Below are positions 25,701 to 39,500 of a stretch of DNA of 64,000 nt, piece after piece (positions within the stretch are counted from its first letter, which is position 1; each line of letters opens with the position of its first letter). The stretch comes from the human T2T-CHM13v2.0 reference genome, Homo sapiens. The notes beneath the pieces are model-generated. The model was not told the DNA's origin. It saw nothing but the letters and a program-made list of their open reading frames with translations, and ran no database searches. Location of the stretch: NCBI RefSeq assembly GCF_009914755.1, contig NC_060942.1; one strand, written 5' to 3'. The translations under genes were made by a program, and so were the position numbers.

Positions 25701-28700
25701 CAAGTCACAGAATTGAACATTCCCTTTCACAGAGCAGGTTTGAAACACTCTTTTTGTAGTGTGTGTAAGTGGACATTTGGAGCGCTTTCCGGCCTAAGGT
25801 GAAAAAGGACATATCTTACCATAAAAACCAGACAGAAGCATTCTCAGAAACTTACTCGTGATGTGTGTCCTCAACTAAAGGAGTAGAAACTTTCTATTCA
25901 TAGAGAAGTTTTGAAACGCTCTTTTTGTGGAATCTCCAAGTGGATATTTGGCTAGTTTTGAGGATTTCGTTGGAAGCGGGAATTCATACAAATTGCAGAC
26001 TGCAGCGTTCTGAGAAACATCGTTGTGATGTTTGTATTCAGGACACAGAGTTGAACATTCCCTATCATAGAGCAGGTTTGAATCACTCCTTTTGTAGTAT
26101 CTGGAAGTGGACATTTGGAGCGCTTTCAGGCCTATGTTGGAAAAGGAAATATCTTCCCATAAGAACTAGACAGAAGCATTCTCAGAAACTTATTTGAGAT
26201 GTGTGTACTCAACTAAGAGAATTGAACCACCGTTTTGAAGGAGCAGTTTTGAAACACTCTTTTTCTGGAATCTGCAAGTGGATATTTGGCTAGCTTTGGG
26301 GATTTCGCTGGAAGCGGGAATACATATAAAAAGCACACAGCAGCGTTCTGAGAAACTGCTTTCTGATGTTTGCATTCAAGTCAAAAGTTGAACACTCCCT
26401 TTCATAGAGCAGTCTTGAAACACCCCTTTTGTAGTATCTGGAACTGGACATTTGGAGCGCTTTCAGGGCTAAGGTGAAAAAGGAAATATCTTCCCATAAA
26501 AACTGGACAGAAGCATTCTCAGAAACTTGTTTATGCTGTATCTACTCTACTAACAAAGTTGAACCTTTCTTTTGATAGAGCAGTTTTGAAATGCTCTTTT
26601 TGTGGAATCTGCAAGTGGATATTTGGCTAGTTTTGAGGATTTCGTTGGAAGCTGGAATTCATACAAATTGCAGACTGCAGCGTTCTGAGAAACATATTTG
26701 TGATGTTTGTATTCAGGACACAGAGTTGAACATTCCCTATCATAGAGCAGGTTGGAATCACTCCTTTTGCAGTATCTGGAAGTGGACATTTGGAGCACTT
26801 TCAGGCCTATTTTGGAAAGGGAAATATCTTCCCGTAACAACTAGGCAGAAGCATTCTCTGAAACTTATTTGAGATGTGTGTACTCAACTAAGAGAATTGA
26901 ACCACCGTTTTGAAGGAGCAGTTTTGAAACACTCTTTTTCTGGAATCTGCTAGAGGATATTTGCCTAGCTTTGAGGATTTCGTTGGAAACGGGATTGTCT
27001 TCAGATCAAATCTAGACAGAAGCATTCTCAGAAACTTCTTTGGGATGTTTGTATTCAAGTCACAGAGTAGAACATTCCCTTTGGTAGAGCAGGTTTGAAA
27101 CACTCTTTTTTTAGTATATGGAAGTGGACATTTGGAGCGCTTTCAGGCCTACGTTGGAAAAGGAAATATCTTCCCATAACAACTAGACAGAAGCATTCTC
27201 AGAAACTAGTTTCTGATGTGTGTCCTCAACTAACACAGTTGAACTTTTCTTTAGACAGAAGAGTTTTGAAACACTCTTTTTGTGGAATCTGCAAGTGGAT
27301 ATTTGGCTAGATTTGAGGATCTCGTTGGAAACGGGATTACATATAAAAAGCAGTCAGCAGCATTCTCAGAAAGTTCTTTGTGATGATTGCATTCAAGTCA
27401 CAGAATTGAACATTCCCTTTCACAGAGCAGGTTTGAAACACTCTTTTTGTAGTGTGTGTAAGTGGACATTTGGAGCGCTTTCTGGCCTAAGGTGAACAAG
27501 GAAATATCTTCCCATAAAAACTAGACAGAAGCATCCTCAGAAACTTACTCGTGATGTGTGTCCTCAACTAAAGGAGTAGAACCTTTCTATTCATAGAGAA
27601 GTTTTGAAATGCTCTTTTTGTGGAATCTCCAAGTGGATATTTGGCTAGTTTTGAGGATTTCGTTGGAAGCAGGAATTCATACAAATTGCAGACTGCAGCG
27701 TTCTGAGAAACATCTTTGTGATGTTTGTATTCAAGACACAGAGATGAACATTCCCTATCATAGAGCATGTTGGAATCACTCCTTTTGTAGTATCTGGAAG
27801 TGGACATTTGGAGCGCTTTCAGGCCCACGTTGGAAAGGGAAATATCTTCCCGTAACAACTAGGCAGAAGCATTCTCAGAAACTTATTTGAGATGTGTGTA
27901 CTCAACTAAGAGAATTGAACCACCGTTTTGAAGGAGCAGTTTTGAAACACTCTTTTTCTGGAATCTGCAAGAGTATATTTGCCTAGCCTTGAGATTTTCG
28001 TTGGAAACGGGATTGTCTTCAGATAAAATCTAGACAGAAGCATTCTCAGAAACTTCTTTGGGATGTTTGCATTCAAGTCACAGAGTAGAACATTCCCTTT
28101 GGTAGAGCAGGTTTGAAACACTCTTTTTTTAGTATATGGAAGTGGACATTTGGAGCGCTTTCAGGCCTACGTTGGAAAAGGAAATATCTTCCCATAACAA
28201 CTAGACAGAAGCATTCTCAGAAACTAGTTTCTGATTTGTGTCCTCAACTAACACAGTTGTACATTTCTTTAGACAGAACAGTTTTGAAACACTCTTTTTG
28301 TGGAATCTGCAAGTGGATATTGGGCTAGATTTGAGGATTTCGTTGGAAACGGGATTACATATAAAAAGCAGTCAGCAGCATTCTCAGAAAGTTCTTTGTG
28401 ATGATTGCATTCAAGTCACAGAATTGAACATTCCCTTTCACAGAGCAGGTTTGAAACACTCTTTTTGTAGTGTGTGTAAGTGGACATTTGGAGCGCTTTC
28501 CGGCCTAAGGTGAAAAAGGACATATCTTACCATAAAAACCAGACAGAAGCATTCTCAGAAACTTACTCGTGATGTGTGTCCTCAACTAAAGGAGTAGAAA
28601 CTTTCTATTCATAGAGAAGTTTTGAAACGCTCTTTTTGTGGAATCTCCAAGTGGATATTTGGCTAGTTTTGAGGATTTCGTTGGAAGCGGGAATTCATAC

Positions 28701-31700
28701 AAATTGCAGACTGCAGCGTTCTGAGAAACATCGTTGTGATGTTTGTATTCAGGACACAGAGTTGAACATTCCCTATCATAGAGCAGGTTTGAATCACTCC
28801 TTTTGTAGTATCTGGAAGTGGACATTTGGAGCGCTTTCAGGCCTATGTTGGAAAAGGAAATATCTTCCCATAACAACTAGACAGAAGCATTCTCAGAAAC
28901 TTATTTGAGATGTGTGTACTCAACTAAGAGAATTGAACCACCGTTTTGAAGGAGCAGTTTTGAAACACTCTTTTTCTGGAATCTGCAAGTGGATATTTGG
29001 CTAGCTTTGGGGATTTCGCTGGAAGCGGGAATACATATAAAAAGCACACAGCAGCGTTCTGAGAAACTGCTTTCTGATGTTTGCATTCAAGTCAAAAGTT
29101 GAACACTCCCTTTCATAGAGCAGTCTTGAAACACCCCTTTTGTAGTATCTGGAACTGGACATTTGGAGCGCTTTCAGGGCTAAGGTGAAAAAGGAAATAT
29201 CTTCCCATAAAAACTGGACAGAAGCATTCTCAGAAACTTGTTTATGCTGTATCTACTCTACTAACAAAGTTGAACCTTTCTTTTGATAGAGCAGTTTTGA
29301 AATGCTCTTTTTGTGGAATCTGCAAGTGGATATTTGGCTAGTTTTGAGGATTTCGTTGGAAGCTGGAATTCATGCAAATTGCAGACTGCAGCGTTCTGAG
29401 AAACATCTTTGTGATGTTTGTATTCAGGACACAGAGTTGAACTTTCCCTATCATAGAGCAGGTTGGAATCACTCCTTTTGCAGTATCTGGAAGTGGACAT
29501 TTGGAGCGCTTTCAGGCCTATTTTGGAAAGGGAAATATCTTCCCGTAACAACTAGGCAGAAGCATTCTCAGAAACTTATTTGAGATGTGTGTACTCAACT
29601 AAGAGAATTGAACCACCGTTTTGAAGGAGCAGATTTGAAACACTCTTTTTCTGGAATCTGCAAGAGTATATTCGCCTAGCCTTGAAGATTTCGTTGGAAA
29701 CGGGATTGTCTTCAGATAAAATCTAGACAGAAGCATTCTCAGAAACTTCTTTGGGATGTTTGCATTCAAGTCACAGAGTAGAACATTCCCTTTGGTAGAG
29801 CAGGTTTGAAACACTCTTTTTTTAGTATATGGAAGTGGACATTTGGAGCGCTTTCAGGCCTATGTTGGAAAAGGAAATATCTTCCCATAACAACTAGACA
29901 GAAGCATTCTCAGAAACTAGTTTCTGATGTGTGTCCTCAACTAACACAGTTGAACTTTTCTTTAGACAGAACAGTTTTGAAACACTCTTTTTGTGGAATC
30001 TGCAAGTGGATATTTGGCTAGATTTGAGGATTTCGTTGGAAACGGGATTACATATAAAAAGCAGACAGCAGCATTCTCAGAAAGTTCTTTTTGATGATTG
30101 CATTCAAGTCACAGAATTGAACATTCCCTTTCACAGAGCAGGTTTGAAACACTCTTTTTGTAGTGTGTGTAAGTGGACATTTGGAGCGCTTTCCGGCCTA
30201 AGGTGAAAAAGGAAATATCTTCCCATAAAAACTAGACAGAAGCATTCTCAGAAACTTACTCGTGATGTGTGTCCTCAACTAAAGGAGTAGAACCTTTCTA
30301 TTCATAGAGAAGTTTTGAAACGCTCTTTTTGTGGAATCTCCAAGTGGATATTTGGCTAGTTTTGAGGATTTCGTTGGAAGCGGGAATTCATACAAATTGC
30401 AGACTGCAGCGTTCTGAGAAACATCTTTGTGATGTTTGTATTCAGGACACAGAGATGAACATTCCCTATCATAGAGCAGGTTGGAATCACTCCTTTTGTA
30501 GTATCTGGAAGTGGACATTTGGAGCGCTTTCAGGCCTATGTTGAAAAAGGAAATATCTTCCCATAACAACTAGACACAAGCATTCTCAGAAACTTGTTTG
30601 TGATGTGTGCCCTCTACTGACAGAGTTGAACCTTTCTTTTCATAGAGCAGTTTTGAAACACTCTTTTTGTAGAATCTGCAAGAGGATATTTGCATAGCTT
30701 TGAGGATTTCGTGGGAAACGGGATTGTCTTCAGGTAAAATCTAGACAGAAGCATTCTCAGAAACTTCTTTGGGATGTTTGCATTCAAGTCACAGAGTAGA
30801 ACATTCCCTTTGGTAGAGCAGGTTTGAAACACTCTTTTTGTAGTATCTGGAAGTGGACATTTGGAGCGCTTTCAGGCCCATGTTGGAAAGGGAAATATCT
30901 TCCCGTAACAACTAGGCAGAAGCATTCTCAGAAACTTATTTGAGATGTGTGTACTCAAGTAAGAGAACTGAACCACCGTTTTGAAGGAGCAGTTTTGAAA
31001 CACTCTTTTTCTGGAATCTGCAAGAGTATATTTGCCTAGCCTTGAGAATTTCGTTGGAAACGGGATTGTCTTCAGATAAAATCTAGACAGAAGCATTCTC
31101 AGAAACTTCTTTGGGATGTTTGCATTCAAGTCACAGAGTAGAACATTCCCTTTGGTAGAGCAGGTTTGAAACACTCTTTTTTTAATATATGGAAGTGGAC
31201 ATTTGGAGCGCTTTCAGGCCTACGTTGGAAAAGGAAATATCTTCCCACAACAACTAGACAGAAGCATTCTCAGAAACTAGTTTCTGATGTGTGTCCTCAA
31301 CTAACACAGTTGAACTTTTCTTTAGACAGAACAGTTTTGAAACACTCTTTTTGTGGAATCTGCAAGTGGATATTTGGCTAGATTTGAGGATTTCGTTGGA
31401 AACGGGATTACATATAAAAAGCAGACAGCAGCATTCTCAGAAAGTTCTTTGTGATGATTGCATTCAAGTCACAGAATTGAACATTCCCTTTCACAGAGCA
31501 GGTTTGAAACCCTCTTTTTGTAGTGTGTGTAAGTGGACATTTGGAGCGCTTTCCGGCCTAAGGTGAAAAAGGAAATATCTTCCCATAAAAACTAGACAGA
31601 AGCATTCTCAGAAACTTACTCGTGATGTGTGTCCTCAACTAAAGGAGTAGAACATTTCTATTCATAGAGAAGTTTTGAAACGCTCTTTTTGTGGAATCTC

Positions 31701-34700
31701 CAAGTGGATATTTGGCTAGTTTTGAGGATTTCGTTGGAAGCGGGAATTCATACAAATTGCAGACTGCAGCGTTCTGAGAATCATCTTTGTGATGTTTGTA
31801 TTCAGGACACAGAGATGAACATTCCCTATCATAGAGTAGGTTGGAATCACTCCTTTTGTAGTATCTGGAAGTGGACATTTGGAGCGCTTTCAGTCCTATG
31901 TTGAAAAAGGAAATATCTTCCCACAACAACTAGACACAAGCATTCTCAGAAACTTGTTTGTGATGTGTGCCCTCTACTGACAGAGTTGAACCTTTCTTTT
32001 CATAGAGCAGTTTTGAAACACTCTTTTTGTAGAATCTGCAAGAGGATATTTGCATAGCTTTGAGGTTTCCGTGGGAAACGGGATTGTCTTCAGGTAAAAT
32101 CTAGACAGAAGCATTCTCAGAAACTTCTTTGGGATGTTTGCATTCAAGTCACAGAGTAGAACATTCCCTTTGGTAGAGCAGGTTTGAAACACTCTTTTTG
32201 TAGTATCTGGAAGTGGACATTTGGAGCACTTTCAGGCCCATGTTGGAAAGGGAAATATCTTCCCGTAACAACTAGGCAGAAGCATTGTCTGAAACTTTTT
32301 TGAGATGTGTGTACGCAACTAAGAGAATTGAACCACCGTTTTGAAGGAGCAGTTTTGAAACACTCTTTTTCTGGAATCTGCTAGACGATATTTGCCTAGC
32401 CTTGAGGATTTCGTTGGAAACGGGATTGTCTTCAGATAAAATCTAGACAGAAGCATTCTCAGAAACTTCTTTGGGATGTTTGTATTCAAGTCACAGAGTA
32501 GAACATTCCCTTTGGTAGAGCAGGTTTGAAACACTCTTTTTTTAGTATATGGAAATGGACATTTGGAGCGCTTTCAGGCCTACGTTGGAAAAGGAAATAT
32601 CTTCCCATAACAACTAGACAGAAGCATTCTCAGAAACTAGTTTCTGATGTGTGTCCTCAACTAACACAGTTGAACTTTTCTTTAGACAGAACAGTTTTGA
32701 AACACTCTTTTTGTGGAATCTGCAAGTGGCTATTTGGCTAGATTTGAGGATTTCGTTGGAAACGGGATTACATATAAAAAGCAGTCAGCAGCATTCTCAG
32801 AAAGTTCTTTGTGATGATTGCATTCAAGTCACAGAATTGAACATTCCCTTTCACAGAGCAGGTTTGAAACACTCTTTTTGTAGTGTGTGTAAGTGGACAT
32901 TTGGAGCACTTACCGGCCTAAGGTGAAAAAGGAAATATCTTCCCATAAAAACTAGACAGAAGCATTCTCAGAAACTTACTCGTGATGTGTGTCCTCAACT
33001 AAAGCAGTAGAACCTTTCTTTTCATAGAGAAGTTTTGAAACGCTCTTTTTGTGGAATCTGCAAGTGGATATTTGGCTAGTTTTGAGGATTTCGTTGGAAG
33101 CGGGAATTCATACAAATTGCAGACTGCAGCGTTCTGAGAAACATCTTTGTGATGTTTGTATTCAGGACACAGAGTTGAACATTCCCTATCATAGAGCAGG
33201 TTTGAATCACTCCTTTTGTAGTATCTGGAAGTGGACATTTGGAGCGCTTTCAGGCCTATGTTGGAAAAGGAAATATCTTCCCATAACAACTAGACAGAAG
33301 CATTCTCAGAAACTTATTTGAGATGTGTCTACTCAACTAAGAGAATTGAACCACCGTTTTGAAGGAGCAGTTTTGAAACACTCTTTTTCTGGAATCTGCA
33401 AGTGGATATTTGGCTAGCTTTGGGGATTTCGCTGGAAGCGGGAATACATATAAAAAGCACACAGCAGCGTTCTGAGAAACTGCTTTCTGATGTTTGCATT
33501 CAAGTCAAAAGTTGAACACTCCCTTTCATAGAGCAGTCTTGAAACACCCCTTTTGTAGTATCTGGAACTGGACTTTTGGAGCGATTTTAGGGCTAAGGTG
33601 AAAAAGGAAATATCTTCCCATAAAAACTGGACAGAAGCATTCTCAGAAACTTGTTTATGCTGTATCTACTCAACTAACAAAGTTGAACCTTTCTTTTGAT
33701 AGAGCAGTTTTGAAATGGTCTTTTTGTGGAATCTGCAAGTGGATATTTGGCTAGTTTTGAGGATTTCGTTGGAAGCGGGAATTCATACAAATTGCAGACT
33801 GCAGCGTTATGAGAAACATCTTTGTGATGTTTGTATTCAGGACACAGAGTTGAACATTCCCTATCATAGAGCAGGTTGGAATCACTCCTTTTGTAGTATC
33901 TGGAAGTGGACATTTGGAGCGCTTTCAGGCCTATTTTGGACAGGGAAATATCTTCCCATAACAACTATGCAGAAGCATTCTCAGAAACTTGTTTGTGATG
34001 TGTGCCCTCTACTGACAGAGTTGAACCTTTCTTTTCTTAGAGCAGTTTTGAAACACTCTTTTTGTAGAATCTGCAAGAGGATATTTGCATAGCTTTGAGG
34101 ATTTCGTGGGAAACGGGATTGTCTTCAGGTAAAATCTAGACAGAAGCATTCTCAGAAACTTCTTTGGGATGTTTGCATTCAAGATACAGAGTAGAACATT
34201 CCCTTTGGTAGAGCAGGTTTGAAACCCTCTTTTTGTAGTATCTGGAAGTGGACATTTGGAGCGCTTTCAGGCCCATGTTGGAAAGGGAAATATCTTCCCG
34301 TAACAACTAGGCAGAAGCATTCTCAGAAACTTATTTGAGATGTGTGTACTCAACTAAGAGAATTGAACCACCGTTTTGAAGGAGCAGTTTTGAAACACTC
34401 TTTTTCTGGATTCTGCAAGAATATATTTGCCTAGCCTTGAGGATTTCGTTGGAAACGGGATTGTCTTCAGATAAAATCTAGACAGAAGCATTCTCAGAAA
34501 CTTCTTTGGGATGTTTGCATTCAAGTCACAGAGTAGAACATTCTCTTTGGTAGAGCAGGTTTGAAACACTCTTTTTTTAGTATCTGGAAGTGGACATTTG
34601 GAGCGCTTTCAGGCCTACGTTGGAAAAGGAAATATCTTCCCATAACAACTAGACAGAAGCATTCTCAGAAACTAGTTTCTGATGTGTGTCCTCAACTAAC

Positions 34701-35700
34701 ACAGTTGTACATTTCTTTAGACAGAACAGTTTTGAAACACTCTTTTTGTGGAATCTGCAAGTGGATATTGGGCTAGATTTGAGGATTTCGTTGGAAACGG
34801 GATTACATATAAAAAGCAGTCAGCAGCATTCTCAGAAAGTTCTTTGTGATGATTGCATTCAAGTCACAGAATTGAACATTCCCTTTCACAGAGCAGGTTT
34901 GAAACACTCTTTTTGTAGTGTGTGTAAGTGGACATTTGGAGCGCTTTCCGGCCTAAGGTGAAAAAGGACATATCTTACCATAAAAACCAGACAGAAGCAT
35001 TCTCAGAAACTTACTCGTGATGTGTGTCCTCAACTAAAGGAGTAGAAACTTTCTATTCATAGAGAAGTTTTGAAACGCTCTTTTTGTGGAATCTCCAAGT
35101 GGATATTTGGCTAGTTTTGAGGATTTCGTTGGAAGCGGGAATTCATACAAATTGCAGACTGCAGCGTTCTGAGAAACATCGTTGTGATGTTTGTATTCAG
35201 GACACAGAGTTGAACATTCCCTATCATAGAGCAGGTTTGAATCACTCCTTTTGTAGTATCTGGAAGTGGACATTTGGAGCGCTTTCAGGCCTATGTTGGA
35301 AAAGGAAATATCTTCCCATAAGAACTAGACAGAAGCATTCTCAGAAACTTATTTGAGATGTGTGTACTCAACTAAGAGAATTGAACCACCGTTTTGAAGG
35401 AGCAGTTTTGAAACACTCTTTTTCTGGAATCTGCAAGTGGATATTTGGCTAGCTTTGGGGATTTCGCTGGAAGCGGGAATACATATAAAAAGCACACAGC
35501 AGCGTTCTGAGAAACTGCTTTCTGATGTTTGCATTCAAGTCAAAAGTTGAACACTCCCTTTCATAGAGCAGTCTTGAAACACCCCTTTTGTAGTATCTGG
35601 AACTGGACATTTGGAGCGCTTTCAGGGCTAAGGTGAAAAAGGAAATATCTTCCCATAAAAACTGGACAGAAGCATTCTCAGAAACTTGTTTATGCTGTAT
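16800..35700 (+). repeat. 9159 bp (54-monomer) tandem super-repeat, two copies plus the start of a third
   Basis: HOR order is 10-6-10-8-8-12 (1693+1018+1693+1360+1360+2035 = 9159). Private SNVs recur at a 9159 offset, for example ORFs 17391/26550, 18409/27568, 22815/31974 and 24556/33715. Confidence 0.93.
18747..19764 (+). repeat. 6-mer HOR variant DEF (1018 bp); copy at 27906-28923
   Basis: F at 18409 is followed directly by D at 18747, with no C or A between them. Confidence 0.9.
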
Positions 35701-36599
35701 CTACTCTACTAACAAAGTTGAACCTTTCTTTTGATAGAGCAGTTTTGAAATGCTCTTTTTGTGGAATCTGCAAGTGGATATTTGGCTAGTTTTGAGGATT
35801 TCGTTGGAAGCTGGAATTCATGCAAATTGCAGACTGCAGCGTTCTGAGAAACATCTTTGTGATGTTTGTATTCAGGACACAGAGTTGAACTTTCCCTATC
35901 ATAGAGCAGGTTGGAATCACTCCTTTTGCAGTATCTGGAAGTGGACATTTGGAGCGCTTTCAGGCCTATTTTGGAAAGGGAAATATCTTCCCGTAACAAC
36001 TAGGCAGAAGCATTCTCAGAAACTTATTTGAGATGTGTGTACTCAACTAAGAGAATTGAACCACCGTTTTGAAGGAGCAGATTTGAAACACTCTTTTTCT
36101 GGAATCTGCAAGAGTATATTTGCCTAGCCTTGAAGATTTCGTTGGAAACGGGATTGTCTTCAGATAAAATCTAGACAGAAGCATTCTCAGAAACTTCTTT
36201 GGGATGTTTGCATTCAAGTCACAGAGTAGAACATTCCCTTTGGTAGAGCAGGTTTGAAACACTCTTTTTTTAGTATATGGAAGTGGACATTTGGAGCGCT
36301 TTCAGGCCTACGTTGGAAAAGGAAATATCTTCCCATAACAACTAGACAGAAGCATTCTCAGAAACTAGTTTCTGATGTGTGTCCTCAACTAACACAGTTG
36401 AACTTTTCTTTAGACAGAACAGTTTTGAAACACTCTTTTTGTGGAATCTGCAAGTGGATATTTGGCTAGATTTGAGGATTTCGGTGGAAACGGGATTACA
36501 TATAAAAAGCAGTCAGCAGCATTCTCAGAAAGATCTTTGTGATGATTGCATTCAAGTCACAGAATTGAACATTCCCTTTCACAGAGCAGGTTTGAAACA

Positions 36600-39500
36600 C
36601 TCTTTTTGTAGTGTGTGTAAGTGGACATTTGGAGCACTTTCCGGCCTAAGGTGAAAAAGGAAATATCTTCCCATAAAAACTAGACAGAAGCATTCTCAGA
36701 AACTTACTCGTGATGTGTGTCCTCAACTAAAGGAGTAGAACCTTTCTATTCATAGAGAAGGTTTGAAACGCTCTTTTTGTGGAATCTCCAAGTGGATATT
36801 TGGCTAGTTTTGAGGATTTCGTTGGATGCGGGAATTCATACAAATTGCAGACTGCAGCGTTCTGAGAAACATCTTTGTGATGTTTGTATTCAGGACACAG
36901 AGATGAACATTCCCTATCATAGAGCAGGTTGGAATCACTCCTTTTGTAGTATCTGGAAGTGGACATTTGGAGCGCTTTCAGGCCTATGTTGAAAAAGGAA
37001 ATATCTTCCCATAACAACTAGACACAAGCATTCTCAGAAACTTGTTTGTGATGTGTGCCCTCTGCTGACAGAGTTGAACCTTTCTTTTCATAGAGCAGTT
37101 TTGAAACACTCTTTTTGTAGAATCTGCAAGAGGATATTTGCATAGCTTTGAGGATTTCGTGGGAAACGGGATTGTCTTCAGGTAAAATCTAGACAGAAGC
37201 ATTCTCAGAAACTTCTTTGGGATGTTTGCATTCAAGTCACAGAGTAGAACATTCCCTTTGGTAGAGCAGGTTTGAAACCCTCTTTTTGTAGTATCTGGAA
37301 GTGGACATTTGGAGCGCTTTCAGGCCCATGTTGGAAAGGGAAATATCTTCCCGTAACAACTAGGCAGAAGCATTCTCAGAAACTTATTTGAGATGTGTGT
37401 ACTCAACTAAGAGAATTGAACCACCGTTTTGAAGGAGCAGATTTGAAACACTCTTTTTCTGGAATCTGCAAGAGTATATTTGCCTAGCCTTGAAGATTTC
37501 GTTGGAAACGGGATTGTCTTCAGATAAAATCTAGACAGAAGCATTCTCAGAAACTTCTTTGGGATGTTTGCATTCAAGTCACAGAGTAGAACATTCCCTT
37601 TGGTAGAGCAGGTTTGAAACACTCTTTTTTTCGTATATGGAAGTGGACATTTGGAGCGCTTTCAGGCCTACGTTGGAAAAGGAAATATCTTCCCATAACA
37701 ACTAGACAGAAGCATTCTCAGAAACTAGTTTCTGATGTGTGTCCTCAACTAACACAGTTGAACTTTTCTTTAGACAGAACAGTTTTGAAACACTCTTTTT
37801 GTGGAATCTGCAAGTGGCTATTTGGCTAGATTTGAGGATTTCGTTGGAAACGGGATTACATATAAAAAGCAGACAGCAGCATTCTCAGAAAGTTCTTTGT
37901 GATGATTGCATTCAAGTCACAGAATTGAACATTCCCTTTCACAGAGCAGGTTTGAAACACTCTTTTTGTAGTGTGTGTAAGTGGACATTTGGAGCGCTTT
38001 CCGGCCTAAGGTGAAAAAGGAAATATCTTCCCATAAAAACTAGACAGAAGCATTCTCAGAAACTTACTCGTGATGTGTGTCCTCAACTAAAGGAGTAGAA
38101 CCTTTCTATTCATAGAGAAGTTTTGAAACGCTCTTTTTGTGGAATCTCCAAGTGGATATTTGGCTAGTTTTGAGGATTTCGTTGGAAGCGGGAATTCATA
38201 CAAATTGCAGACTGCAGCGTTCTGAGAAACATCTTTGTGATGTTTGTATTCAGGACACAGAGATGAACATTCCCTATCATAGAGCAGGTTGGAATCACTC
38301 CTTTTGTAGTATCTGGAAGTGGACATTTGGAGCGCTTTCAGGCCTATGTTGAAAAAGGAAATATCTTCCCATAACAACTAGACACAAGCATTCTCAGAAA
38401 CTTGTTTGTGATGTGTGCCCTCTACTGACAGAGTTGAACCTTTCTTTTCATAGAGCAGTTTTGAAACACTCTTTTTGTAGAATCTGCAAGAGGATATTTG
38501 CATAGCTTTGAGGATTTCGTGGGAAACGGGATTGTCTTCAGGTAAAATCTAGACAGAAGCATTCTCAGAAACTTCTTTGGGATGTTTGCATTCAAGTCAC
38601 AGAGTAGAACATTCCCTTTGGTAGAGCAGGTTTGAAACCCTCTTTTTGTAGTATCTGGAAGTGGACATTCGGAGCGCTATCAGGCCCATGTTGGAAAGGG
38701 AAATATCTTCCCGTAACAACTAGGCAGAAGCATTCTCAGAAACTTATTTGAGATGTGTGTACTCAACTAAGAGAATTGAACCACCGTTTTGAAGGTGCAG
38801 TTTTGAAACACTCTTTTTCTGGAATCTGCAAGAGTATATTTGCCTAGCCTTGAGGATTTCGTTGGAAACGGGATTGTCTTCAGATAAAATCTAGACAGAA
38901 GCATTCTCAGAAACTTCTTTGGGATGTTTGCATTCAAGTCACAGAGTAGAACATTCCCTTTGGTAGAGCAGGTTTGAAACACTCTTTTTGTAGTATCTGG
39001 AAGTGGACATTTGGAGCGCTTTCAGGCCTACGTTGGAAAAGGAAATATCTTCCCATAACAACTAGACAGAAGCATTCTCAGAAACTAGTTTCTGATGTGT
39101 GTCCTCAACTAACACAGTTGAACTTTTCTTTAGACAGAACAGTTTTGAAACACTCTTTTTGTGGAATCTGCAAGTGGATATTTGGCTAGATTTGAGGATT
39201 TCGTTGGAAACGGGATTACATATAAAAAGCAGACTGCAGCATTCTCAGAAAGTTCTTTGTGGTGATTGCATTCAAGTCACAGAATTGAACATTCCCTTTC
39301 ACAGAGCAGGTTTGAAACACTCTTTTTGTAGTGTGTGTAAGTGGACATTTGGAGCGCTTTCCGGCCTAAGGTGAAAAAGGAAATATCTTCCCATAAAAAC
39401 TAGACAGAAGCATTCTCAGAAACTTACTCGTGATGTGTGTCCTCAACTAAAGGAGTAGAACCTTTCTATTCATAGAGAAGTTTTGAAAAGCTCTTTTTGT

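Noticed and set aside
36479-36833. Variant boxes TTTCGGTGGAAACGGGA (36479) and TTTCGTTGGATGCGGGA (36817) as dead CENP-B boxes
   Set aside because: The changes fall in non-essential positions and the NTTCGNNNNANNCGGGN pattern is retained.
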